Positions 22,572 to 34,307 of a stretch of 64,000 bases of DNA are shown one piece after another. Source of the stretch: Selaginella moellendorffii (lineage: Eukaryota > Plantae > Lycopodiophyta). Where the stretch lies: contig NW_003314299.1 of NCBI RefSeq assembly GCF_000143415.4, positions 668,229 through 732,228 on the forward strand. Reading direction: 5' to 3'. The first letter of the stretch is position 1. Every line of letters begins with the position of its first letter. The notes beneath the pieces were generated by a model, which had not been told where the DNA came from, did not search any database, and saw nothing but the letters and a program-made list of their open reading frames with translations. The position numbers and the translations under genes were made by a program.

Positions 22572-25308
22572 ATGGTCGAAATGGTGGCATTGGCCATGGT
22601 TGTGTCGCCGCGCAGCCTCGCCTGTGGCGCCTCTCTCTCCGCCGCGGCAGTGGAATACCGGCGCCTGGCCATGGCGCGAGTCCTGGCAGCCAGAATGCCC
22701 GCTCTTCTTCGCGAATCCGTGGGATCCAGGGTTCTGGTGTCGGCGGTCTCGAAGAGGAGCTTCGCCGCGCACGCTGGGCTTTCCAGGGAGTCCAGCAATC
22801 TCTCCAGCAGATTACGTGAGTTTGTTTGCTCTGTATAGGATCTCGATTCGTGGGGTTTTTGATGCTGCATTGGATTGGTGTGGTTTCTTAGATTTGTTTT
22901 CTTGCGATTGGGAGTGAGTTCTCATGTTGGGCGAGATTGGAATTTAGTTCTTCGGCCTCCAGCGACGATTTAGATGTGTCTTCTCTTACATTTGTCTTGG
23001 AAGTTCTCTTTTTTTTGTTTTAAGCTATGGTGGAAACTTGCAGCTGTGCAGGTATCATGGAGAAAGCACACTGAGAAATCCTTTGCAAGACCCGCAGCAG
23101 TGGAGGAGCCACCCGAGCTCACGAAGAAGAGGCTCTCGCGAGACGAGCGTGCAGCACTAGTCAAGTCATTCGTGGAAAAGTAAGCTTTCTGGAGACCAGC
23201 GAACGAATGCCTCTTAACGTTTTGATTTTTTCAGGTATGCGTCGGAGAACAATGGAGAGTTTCCAACTCTGGCTCTCGTCCTGAAGGAGACGGGTGGCTC
23301 GCGAGCCGTGGTGAAGGACATCCTTGCAGACCTTCAAAGCAGTATAACGGTGAAAGTGGAAGTCACTGCTACGCCGTCGACAGAAGAACCATTACCGAAA
23401 GTCGAGCCTCCGAACGTTGCGAAAGCGTCGAGTCCGGCAGCAGCTGCAGGGAGCGAATCCGAAGAGGAAGACGAGTCGGAAGAAGAAGAGGAAGTTTTGG
23501 AAGAGAAAACTTCTACTGCTCCTCCGCCATCCAGCAGTGCTCCTGAAGAGAAGATAACGAGCCTGAAAAGGGCTGCTGGCGAAACTCCTGGTGAAATCAA
23601 CAGCACCTACATCGACATTCTGTCGAGGTTGAAAAGCCTCGGCACCGAACGAAAAAAAGAAGAGACTGCAGCGGCTGCCGAGTCTGCTACGTCCGAAACG
23701 GAGGAGAAAGAAATCAAGCGGCCAAGTTTCGCAGCGAGAATTCTTCCTCCTCGGCATGGAATGTTCGTCAGGTTTCTCAATCCGGCGGCAACGGAGGAGG
23801 ATCTAAAGCAGGCCTTTGGAGACTGTGGAGAGATAACCAGAGTCTCAGCGGTCAAGCCAATGAAACCCACTGCAAAGTTTACGTACGGTTTCATTGATTT
23901 CAAGGTGAGTACGTTCGAAGTTGATTTCTTCTCGTTGTCTAACGCTTCCGTTCTTATTTGCAGACTGCGGATGGTTTGAGCAATGCTCTAAGGAAGAACG
24001 TTGTAATTCTTGGGAACAAGGTGGAGACAGAGGCAGCACCGACACAAAACACGCAGCTTTCAGACGTTGCACCGAAAATCAAAGAGCCTCAACCTGCTGG
24101 GGGCGGACTCATCGACAACCTGGTCTCCAAAGTCGTATCCATGGTTCCTCCAAACACAGAAAACGCAAAGAACCAGATGTCTCAAACACCGAGAGTTTGG
24201 AACGGCCAGGACGCTCCTCGGTTCAGCCAGCCAGGGATGATGAATATGAACAAAGCAGGAGGAGCTGTTGGTGAAAGGCCAGACTTCAAGCCGAAAGGGA
24301 TGGGATTTCAAAAGAACGAAATGATGCCGCCACCCAGGAACGACATGCAAATGCCACCGAGGAACGACTTCCCACCAAGGAACGATATGCCTCCTCGAAT
24401 GGATACGCCATTCCCGAGGAACGATATGCCTCCTCCAAGGATGGACATGCCGCCACCACCGCCGCCACAGATGCAGCAGCCGCCGAGACCGCTTCCACCG
24501 AGAAACGAAAATGGAGGATTTGTTTCGCCGATTCCACCTCTTGGCGACCCGCAGAAGATGAGGAAGGACCTCTCCGTATGTGTGGAGAACTTACCACCGA
24601 CGACGAACGTCACGCAGCTCAGGGATGCGCTCGCGATCCATGGCGAGATCTACGCAACTTACTTGAAGCACCGGGACATGAATTCATCGACGTATGTCTT
24701 CGAGTATCTGGTAATGAGTTTTTCTTCGTTTCTTTTCCTCTTTCCGTCTCACGGCTATCTATTATCCAGACCGACGAAGGAAAAGAGAGCGCTTTGAGTG
24801 CTCACTGGGTCCATATCAACGGGCAGTTAGTGCGGATCTCCAGAGCAGACGTCCCAAAGACGACGGTGGTGAGAGTCTCAAACATCTCGCCCAGCACTCC
24901 GGACAGCGAGTTTATCAACGCATGCAAGTCATGCGGCCAAGTCGAGAGAGTGGAGTCGAGACGGGATCGCGTCAGGGACGTGTTCTACCACCCGGCCGAG
25001 ACGAGGAACATGATAAAAATCCTCGACAGGTAAGTTTCCAGGAAAGTTTTTCTTTTCTTCATCGGGATTTTCATTCCAGGCTGAACGAAGTCACGATCAA
25101 TCAGTCTCGATGGCACGCGAAACCAGCGCCACGGTGCTCGATCAACATGCTCAACCGGCCGGAAGGATCGGAGTTCATCTGCCAACAGATCAAAGCGCTG
25201 CTGAGAAACCAGGAAAGTATGCTCCAGCAGCTCCAGATCGAGCAAAGGGATCTCCGCGAGCTCTCAATGTATGCGGTGGAGATTCTCAACTCACAGAACA
25301 GGAAGTAG
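22572..25308 (+). CDS. Putative organelle-targeted nucleic-acid-binding protein: At3g52170-like HTH plus about three RRM-like domains
   Basis: Ser/Arg/Ala-rich N-terminus; spliced KKRLSRDERAALVKSFVEK|YASENNGEFPTLALVLKETGGSRAVVKDIL; RRMs MFVRFLNPAATEEDLKQAFGDCGEI...YGFIDF, VCVENLPPTT, VVRVSNISPST; Pro/Met-rich PPRNDM repeats. Start codon uncertain (22572, 22581 or 22596). Confidence 0.75.
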
Positions 25309-25727
25309 CCTTCGAAGAACACACAAGTGGAAGTTTTTGTTTCTTAGGTTTTATTGATTCTAAAGTTTCTAGTTTTTTGTGATAACTTTCAGATATTCCA
25401 TGGTTCTTTGCGGGCAATAAATACGGCTCTGTCGATCTCCTGGATCTTCTCACCTATCTGTCTTCACGTGAAAAATGTGAGAGAACCTAGAATTCAAAGT
25501 TTAATAAAAGATTATAATCTGACACCAACAAACAAAAGCTTTTTCCAAATACTTCAAAAAGATAAATCAAGACTCCGCTCGTTGCCGTAGAGCCATCATA
25601 ACGAAGTATTGCTTGCCTCGAAACAAATCATTCGACAAAAAAGAGCTCAATTTTTGGATCACAACCTATTCTTGAATTAGGTATAAAAAAAAGTCATTGC
25701 CACCTTAAGCTCTGTATAACCGGATTT

Positions 25728-27399
25728 TCTATATATACGTATATATAAAGCCCTTCTTTCCTTTTTAGTACAGGAACTGCAAAATACCATACTCGGTCTA
25801 GGAGAGCAAGTATGCAGCGGGAGGTGAATTGGCCAAGGGGCGTGCGGTTTTACCCACTTGATTGCGGGTTTGGGCCACAGATTCATGTTCAGGGTGGCTT
25901 GTCTTGTGCTAGGATGGACAAGAAGCTGTCTTTCAATCTGGTGAGCATTGCTGATTGAGTTTGCTGTTCTCAAAGGCGATGGCTGCAGAACTTGTTTCAA
26001 GAATTGCAAGTAGGGGATGAGAAAATCCACGTTATTGTATCGGATGGCTATCGTGGAGCCAGACATCCATGTCAGTCGTTTCTCTTTCACACCAAAAGCT
26101 CATCTGGGTTTTGTTTCGCAGTAGCAAGGGACCTTTGTTTGTACAGGCTGGGGCTGTTCAATATGTGTTTATCAGAAGCTTTTTGCACCAACAGAAACCT
26201 GAGATGTTCCATTGAAAGTCTCTTTTGTAGGTAAAAGGACTTCAAGGTTGATTCCTTAGGGATCCATTTTACTGACTTGTTGTGATCCATGTATTCAGAG
26301 TGAAGCAACGGACACAGGACAGGATCCAAGAGCTCATTCAAGTTGAAGAGGATGAGAAAGACTGGGAAAAGGATGATGAAGTTGAAAGCATCCACACAAT
26401 TCGGGTAACTTCAAAGTATTTTTCCTCTATGGTTAACGGTTTCTGTTGTCAAGGAGGATGAGTGGCTTCCAGAGTTGCACTCGACAGTGATTGCTATCAA
26501 GGGAAATGCTGTAGTAGTTGGTGGGCCTGGCGCTTTTGTAGTCGCTCTGGTGTGTTCTGAAGGTTTGAAGGTGAGTAAAACCTGTTTTATCATCAATTGT
26601 TTATTGTTATGTTTTAGTGGCTTACCCCAAAAGATGATGGCAATATGAATTTACTGGAGGCAACGAAACAACCAGAAGATATATTGATCATGGCAACCTT
26701 ATCCTTCAAGAAACTAGACTCTCTAACCATTAAGGAAGCTGTTGGCAATGATGTTGTTCAAACAACAAAGGTCCTCTCAGAATTAGATCTTGCAGACAAA
26801 GATTCTACAGTTCTTGTTGTGAAGTTTGAAGGTTGAGGTGAATTTAAGGTAATGTTAGACTCAATGTTCTGGTGAAAAATGTTTGGGTCATCTCCTTCTT
26901 TTACCCCTATGAAACACTTTCATTCCCCAGTATATTCCACAGCCAGTTCTAAACCCTTTTCGGCTCATGTTTTGCGTATTGGATTTCTCATGCTACCTAA
27001 AAAAATAAAAAAAGGTTGAAAAAGCTGCAACAATCGAGAATGTGGTTATTTAGCTGTGGCGCTGCTCTTGTATTGCATGAGTGGCATCTTCGAGAAAGGT
27101 AATGAACTCCACTTTTTCCGCAAGTTCAAGCATCATTTCTCTTCTTTGCAAGAAGATGAGATGGTAGCGAATTGCATTACTGATTGCATCAGACTATTTG
27201 GTTTTTATGTGCTGAAGAAGTATCCTAGATTTATGGCCATATAGTAGACTGCCACATTGAACCACTGGATGCCATGATTGAAATTGGGCTCCAATTCCAG
27301 GCTTTGTCATTGGGCTCATTCATTCATGCTTGGCTTCGAAATCCAGCTCATTTGAACCAGCCCGTCACTCCAATGTAGATGGGTGTTGTATTACACTTG
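25728..27399 (+). mobile_element. Possible degenerate non-autonomous Helitron with a spliced pseudogene
   Basis: Starts TCTATATATACG; ends with imperfect hairpin GCCCGTC..GATGGGT followed by CTTG|T (not canonical CTRR). Internal exon-like pieces with GT-AG ends and stops. Confidence 0.35.
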
Positions 27400-27968
27400 T
27401 TAAACATGCTGAGATTAATGTGTGGTATCATTTGTTAGATGATATAAGTATTATCATCATATCGCTTGTTAAGTGAGAGTTTGACTATGTCAAAAGTAAT
27501 ATTGAAATTCTTGAGCATTAACCACATTTTCTTGGTGATCAGAGTTACATTGTGGTGATAATGTAGCTTATAAATTAACTTTGACAACTATGAGTTCAGT
27601 CAACTAATTCTGAAATTTGCTATTTTTAGTGTTAACACGAGCTCTGCATCATACACATAACTCTCTTGGAATTGTGCAAGCACTTAGTTTTCGTTGTTGA
27701 TGAAATTTGCAAAAAGTGGATGGGCTTGATATGGTCAACAAGGATATTTGGTCTTGTGGCCAATATAGAAGATTGATCCCCTCTCACATAGAAACAACTA
27801 CATGCATCCTAAAATCACTAATAGAGAGTTTTCCTTTCCTCTACTTCCACAGCATCTTTTCTTAAGAGATTCTTAAGAGTGTTGCCACTAGTATGGATGA
27901 TCTGGACAAGCTATACACCATTTAGTATTTATAAAGTCGAGTGTTAATTTTGGTGCCCATGTCAATAC

Positions 27969-28534
27969 ATGGGAAGGACCTGTCTGTGTGTGTGAAGAAC
28001 TCACCACTAATGATGAACACCACAAAACTCAAGGACACACTCTTAATCCACGATGAGATCTATGTAGCTTGAAGCTCTAAGACATGAATTCATCAACATA
28101 TATCTTCAAGTATTTGGTAATGAGTTTTTCTTCATTTCTTCTCATGGCTTAGCTAATTTTTTCAGACCAACAAAGGAAAAAAGAGCACTTTACATGCTCA
28201 TTAGGTTCATATCAATGGGCAATTACTGCAGATCTAGAACAAACATCTCAAAGATGATGGTGGTAATTTCTCAAATATTTTTCAAATAGTGAGTTTATTA
28301 ATGCTTACAAATTATGTAAATCAAGAGAGTGGAGTTGAGATAGGATATATGTTTTACCATCCAATAAGACAAAGAACATAATAAAATCCTTAAAAGGTAA
28401 ATTTGAAAGTTCTTTTAGGAAAGTTTTTCTTTTGTTCATTTTCATTCAAGGCTAAATGAGGTCATAATAAATCAGTCTATGGCACATGAAACCAGTGTTA
28501 TGGTGTTTTGATATCAATATACTCAACTATCCAG
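27969..28534 (+). pseudogene. Decayed, intron-retaining copy of the 3' part (24558-25163) of the adjacent HTH-RRM gene
   Basis: Collinear similarity, e.g. gacatgaattcatcaacatatatcttcaagtatttggtaatgagtttttcttc versus gacatgaattcatcgacgtatgtcttcgagtatctggtaatgagtttttcttc; both introns kept; many C>T and G>A changes. Confidence 0.9.
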
Positions 28535-28663
28535 ATTTTTAATTTCCTTGCATGTTCTTAATTCACCCTAATTGAATGTAATGGATTAATAACAATGGAC
28601 AGTGATTAAGTGTGAGTGAGGAAGAAGAGGTTATAATAATTTCCAACATTCTTTGTTAATAAT

Positions 28664-29640
28664 ATATAAACTTGTTGTTTAATACACTTCCACTCTTTTA
28701 TGGCTTTAAATAGTCTTAATGTCATTTCTTTTCTTATCAACAATACACTTTTTCAAATGTGGTAATTTAACAATTTTTTACTAGACTTTTAGTTGGGGAA
28801 ATTCCATTTAAAATCATGTTGTTGAAGATGTAAACATAAAAAAATAGAGTTTGTATTGATAACATTTATTTTATACAGATGTTGAACTATGTCATTGGAA
28901 AAATTACTTTCAAATTTGAACAGTCACATTTGATTTTCTTTATGTCACTAAAAAAATTACTTTTAAGTTTCAATAACCACATTTGATTTATTTTGTGACT
29001 TGCTGGAAAATAATCTCAATATAAATCCTTTATAAAGTTTTTGCAACATCTTCAGGTAAAAAAACCTTTATGATGAAATAAATCGCTATATTTTTACGGT
29101 GTAAGGGATATATAAGCTATATTGTCAGATAAAAAGATTAACAATAATAACTAATGACTTAAATGTGAAAAATGGGAAAGAGCTTATAATGAGTTAATAG
29201 TGATGGAGGTATATAAACTTGTTATTCAATACATTATCCAAGATTAAGAAAGTCTACACTCTTTTATAGCTTTAAATAGTTTTGATGCCACTTTTACTCT
29301 TATCAGCAACATATTTTAAATATGGTAATTCAATGTTGTTTTAGTGGATTTTTAGTTGGGGAGATTCTATTTAAAATCATGATGGACAAGTTTATTAGAG
29401 ATATATACATCAAGAAATGGAGTTTGCATTGATGACATTTATTCTACACTTATATTGAGAGTTGTTGAATTATGTCAATGGAAAAATTATTTTCAAATTT
29501 CACATTCAAATTGTTTTCTGACTTATTGAAAGATAATCTTAACAAAAATATTTTATAAAGTCTTTACAATATTTCAGATAGTATAGTGAATCAAGTGGCT
29601 ATATCTTTATAGTAGTTAATTATAAGGGATATATAACCTA
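28664..29640 (+). repeat. Degenerate direct repeat (~450 bp, two copies)
   Basis: 28664-29119 and 29211-29640 share atataaacttgtt..., tttttagttgggga...tttaaaatcatg and taagggatatataa. Confidence 0.75.
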
Positions 29641-31721
29641 CATTTTTAGAAAATTTTGGATACCACCACTTAATTTACATTAAAGTATGAAAAAAATTAT
29701 AAAAGCATTTAAGCAAAAGTATGGGAGCATATATTATAGGTGACAAAAGGGTAAAAGTTTTAGATAGTGAAGTATAATTTTCTTAATTATGTTGAAATTT
29801 TTAATTGCACATACACCAAAATTAAACTTCTAAGTAGTTTTGATAGACAAAAGTGAAGGGATTATAAATGACAATTTAACATGCAAATATAGGCTATTAT
29901 TGAAAATTAGGCTTGTTTTTTAGACTTTAAAAACTAAATATCATAATTTTGCAAATGATCAAAAGGTTTATGCCACAAAAAATTTCAAAACAAAAGTTGT
30001 TTATAATGAGAGTATTAATAGTCTTTTTTACCAAATAAATTTTGGGGACTTCTTCAAAATTTGTTATAATTAACTTTTTCAACTTCAACTACATATACTT
30101 TATTAAAATTACAATTGAGCAACCATTTGGTCAACTATAAATGTAATGAAGGTATGTGAATAAAAAACTTTATCATAGTGATCTTTATATACAATCAAAA
30201 TATATTACAACTTATATTATTATGCATAACATTATGGTAGCCAATGGTGATAGGAGAAGGGTAGTAATAGCTATAATAGAAACTATGATACTTAAAAAAG
30301 TAATTTTTCTAAATATACTTTTGGATCTAGATTTGGGAAGATTGTGATGGATTATATTTTAAGTTTGCACAAATAAATTTTTTTTTAATCCATAATTGCT
30401 CTTAAACATCCTAAAAACTTCATTTAATATATTTCAATAGCTTGATTGCCCACTTAGAATGTTAAACACTTAATTCCAAAAATTTATGTAAGCATTTCTC
30501 TCTTATTTTTTCTTGTGAAGAAAGTTGCAATAATACTTCTTCTAATGACAATAATATTAAATCTTTTTTTACTTATGGTCTTTTCCCCTTAAATTTTTCT
30601 ATATATCCACTCTTTTTATACTTTGTAGTGTCCAAGTGCTTAATGTGATTGAAAGTGATCACTTTTTACACTTGGAACTCACTATATCATTCTCAAAATA
30701 TTGCCTTGAAAAAAAGATAACAACTTTAGATTGAAAATGATGTTAATAATATTAAATTTTCCTAGAAATCATGATACATTGATTATTCTCTTGAAATTTA
30801 AGTATTATCTTAATTCTAGTTATTATATTAACTCATCTTTCACCAAACCTAAAAAGTTATATTTTTAAGGGTGTTTCTAGGGTTATTTAAAGGATTTTAT
30901 ATCCAGAATCATTTGACTCAAAAGTTATTTATAATATTGAAATTTTAGGAAGGGTGATATTTGATATCTAGAATAATTTTGGATATTCTAAGATATTTTA
31001 CTATATAATAGTTGTTTAATATTGTGTTTATAAATTATAAATATGTTGAGGCACATTTTTTAGCTTGGTTATTACAAAGAAGTTATCCAATTATTTAAAG
31101 AGATGCAACTACACAGTTATTCAGAAATTTTATTATGGAGTATAATACAAGATCCTTAATCAAATATAAGCTTGGAAAGCTTACTGAATTTAGTTAAAAT
31201 ATATGATTATGGAAAAAAATATAACTTCTTTTTATGCACAATATGTGATGAACTAGTATTTGCCCAGCCAATGCTAGGTGCCCAGCCAAATACACTATCT
31301 AGGTCATCAATGTTTTCGCAATGCCACAGAGTGGCACTGGTGTCAGCGTGGAGGTTGTGGATCCAGTTTTCCAGACCAAGATGATGGACATGCTCAAATA
31401 AACAGGAAGTTTCTTATCACATTTTTCTTTTCTACAAGACAAATATGAAATAGTGTTTAACATGTGGTGGAGGCAGTGTTGCTACATTTTAAAGAAGTCA
31501 CTAAGATGATTGGCAGCTTTGGCAGAGATTCTTGCAAGAGACTTTGAAGTTGTAATAATACAATTGATCCCAGATACAACTATGTAGTAAGTTTATAGAT
31601 AGTATATTGTACAAACAGAAAAGAAAAGCACACTGTGGAACAGGAAATGAAAGTGTATAGTACTTTAATCAGCCTTGAATGCAATAACTTTTGGTGAGCT
31701 CTCATCGGCACCAGTCGAGAA

Positions 31722-32809
31722 TTAGAAGTGGCCTGTTAGTGGCTTCTTTGTCTCCAAAAGCTTGATTGCCCTAGGCATCCATGTAGAAGTGAACATTCTT
31801 AAGAACTGGCCAGGTGTAAGACCATATGCTTGGTCTATATAAGTGTCCTCCATGCAAACGTCTTGGGGGTGGCCATTATCTGGATAGAATTTGCCGTGGA
31901 CTCGCAAAGTTTGAAAAAACAGTTGTTCATTCTTGCAATGATGACACCAACCAATATCTCATGTTTGTTTCTAGACCCTGAACTTTTTGCAAACATGGTA
32001 GCTGCAACAAACAGAGATCACTCGAGGATTTTCAAGGATAAAGTGGCCATGCACCTATTGACAAAACATGCATCATGAACCACTGGTAAAGATCAAGAAA
32101 GACATACCCTGAAGAAGTTTTTTCCGTATATGAATGAAACAGAGTGCAGCTGGTTCTGTATGTGGTCCCAAGGTGTATCTTCAGGAATTTTCAAGACAAT
32201 AATCAAGGGTGCAATCCTGAACACATTTTTATCTTTAATTCTTTAGAGATTATAGAAAATATGACTTGGCATGTCCCTAGCAAACCATGACGATTTGAGC
32301 TCATGATAAACATGGTCTATATCACCCAGCACATGCACATGTTTTTGAAGTTCACCCAAAAAATTCAATCAGAGTATTACAAATACCTTGTAGGTGTTTT
32401 CAACTTCAGGATCATCAGCAATGAATATGATGTTTATAGTGTTAAGCATTTGATCTACACCAGTGATTGCTATAGCAACTATTGCAGAAGTATAAGCAGA
32501 AACATCCCCTGCAAACTGATTCAGTGGAACAATGTCTGATGGCCTGACAAAGTCAAGCACTGGAGGAGCCTTTTCTAGCCATGCTCGAACATGTGTGGCC
32601 GTAGAAATATTTACTGAGAGACGATGGAGCCCCAAATGATATTTCGGATTCTTAGCTCTAACATTGTAGTGTTGAATACACAACCAGTGAGCTGGCTTGA
32701 AAAGGTGGCTATATTTATCAGCAGCATTGGCTGCCATTGAAGCTGTTGCAAGGTGCATGCCATAGCTATCAGTGAAATCGATGTTAAGGAACCTTGATGT
32801 TGATGCCAT
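31722..32809 (-). pseudogene. RPA70-like ssDNA-binding OB-fold gene remnant inside the Helitron
   Basis: LNIDFTDSYGMHLATASMAANAADKYSHLFKPAHWLCIQHYNVRAKNPKY resembles RPA1 DBD-A; CSYHVCKKFRV*KQT*DIGWCHHC...LRVHGKFYPDNG...DQAYGLTPGQF resembles the DBD-C zinc ribbon, with in-frame stops. Confidence 0.6.
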
Positions 32810-33839
32810 TCTTGTTGAGTTGACCTCATGTTGGAAATCATAACTACCGTATCGAGATAGTACATATATAAGAAGCAGCTCACCTGAATGAAGTTGTAGA
32901 TCTGCAATATGAACACATGCATATTGTGTTTCCTCAGAGGAAGCAATTAGATTCCATACGTCAGGGTCTAGAATGCTATATAACTTGCGTTTAGCTAAAA
33001 AATCCCATTATTAACCCATAACTAAAAAAAACACATTCTAAAATTGAGTAGTACCTCCTACAATTGCACGGGGCACTTGGTTGGAAGTCTATGTCTGAAC
33101 GCTTGGATCTGGCCATAAATAAAGTTTAAAAGGCAAAAAAGCCAAGTGCCAATACCTGTTAAAATAACAAAGGGACTTTGAAAATGTAATGGCTATTTGA
33201 AGCCTTCTTGTACACCTATTCCTCAAGCTGTAAAGCATTGTATTGGAATAGACAAAGTACCTAAAGCACTAAGATGTGTAAGGCACTCAGATCCTGGAAA
33301 GAAAAGTGATTAGATTTTGCCTTATCAAGATAAACACAAACCTAGTTCACTACTCTCTCCACCCATCTCTAAATCACATAAAACTGGTTGCTGCTGCAAA
33401 GAAACATCATCTAGCGATGGCTGGTAATTGTAATCTACATGGTCTTGAGACCCCACATTAGAATCGCTAGCTACCGCTGCCATCGGAGAGAGAGATCTTG
33501 AATGAAGCAATTGATCAAATTTGGGTTAATCACAGCCATTGGCCCAAAGCCTTGCTTAATTTTTGCCACATCACTGGGCATTTTCACTCAATAGGAGAGA
33601 TGATAGGTGCAGTCACTGTCAACACTTTTGCATGTAACACGCATTGCTGCTCCCTCCTCTCCAGTTTGGCCGCCTTCCATTGTTTTGCTGTGTTGTGGTG
33701 TTGGTAAATTTTCTTCTTTTTGCTGTTTTGTTGCTGTTCTTCCTACCATATGTGTTGCGGGATTCTGTGACTTAGTGCTGTCAGGGAGAGCCAGGACTGT
33801 AAATCCCTGTTTTGTAAGATTTTGTATACTTGGCTGTCT

Positions 33840-34307
33840 ATGTGTTGTCGGCAGATTGGACATTCATCCTTTGATCCTTTGATAACCTGGAGAAAATGAA
33901 GAGAATGATGAGCAAAGTTTAAAGTCGAGAGAGAAAAGAGAGATTTTTACCTTCAGGATACACTGCATGCAAAAGGTATGGCTGCGGTCTAGTTTGGATG
34001 GCTCTACGCAGTGCTCTGGACGAAGAACAGGAAGAAACGAAGTAAGCTTGGATTGTTACAACAATTTGTGAGAGTGGGACTTACTGAGACAAATGCAGCA
34101 AATGATGTCATTGTGCGGCGGTGCGAGGTTGAAAACTTCATTGAGATCCAGCCCCATCATCTTCTCTTTGATTGACAGAGATGGAGGTTGATCGTGGTGT
34201 TCTTCCGGTATGTGCGAGTTGGAAGAGCTCTTGCTGTGATGCGGGCTGGCAAATGGACTCTCAGGAAGGTTGTGTCCAGTCCCATCGGTGCTGCTAGAAG
34301 TTTCCAA
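33840..34307 (-). pseudogene. Spliced C3HC4 RING-finger gene fragment inside the Helitron
   Basis: Joining exons ...34085, 34015-33951 and 33886... gives CCICLKHCVEPSKLDRSHTFCMQCILKVIKGSKDECPICRQHI; the third Cys ligand is Arg. Confidence 0.75.
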
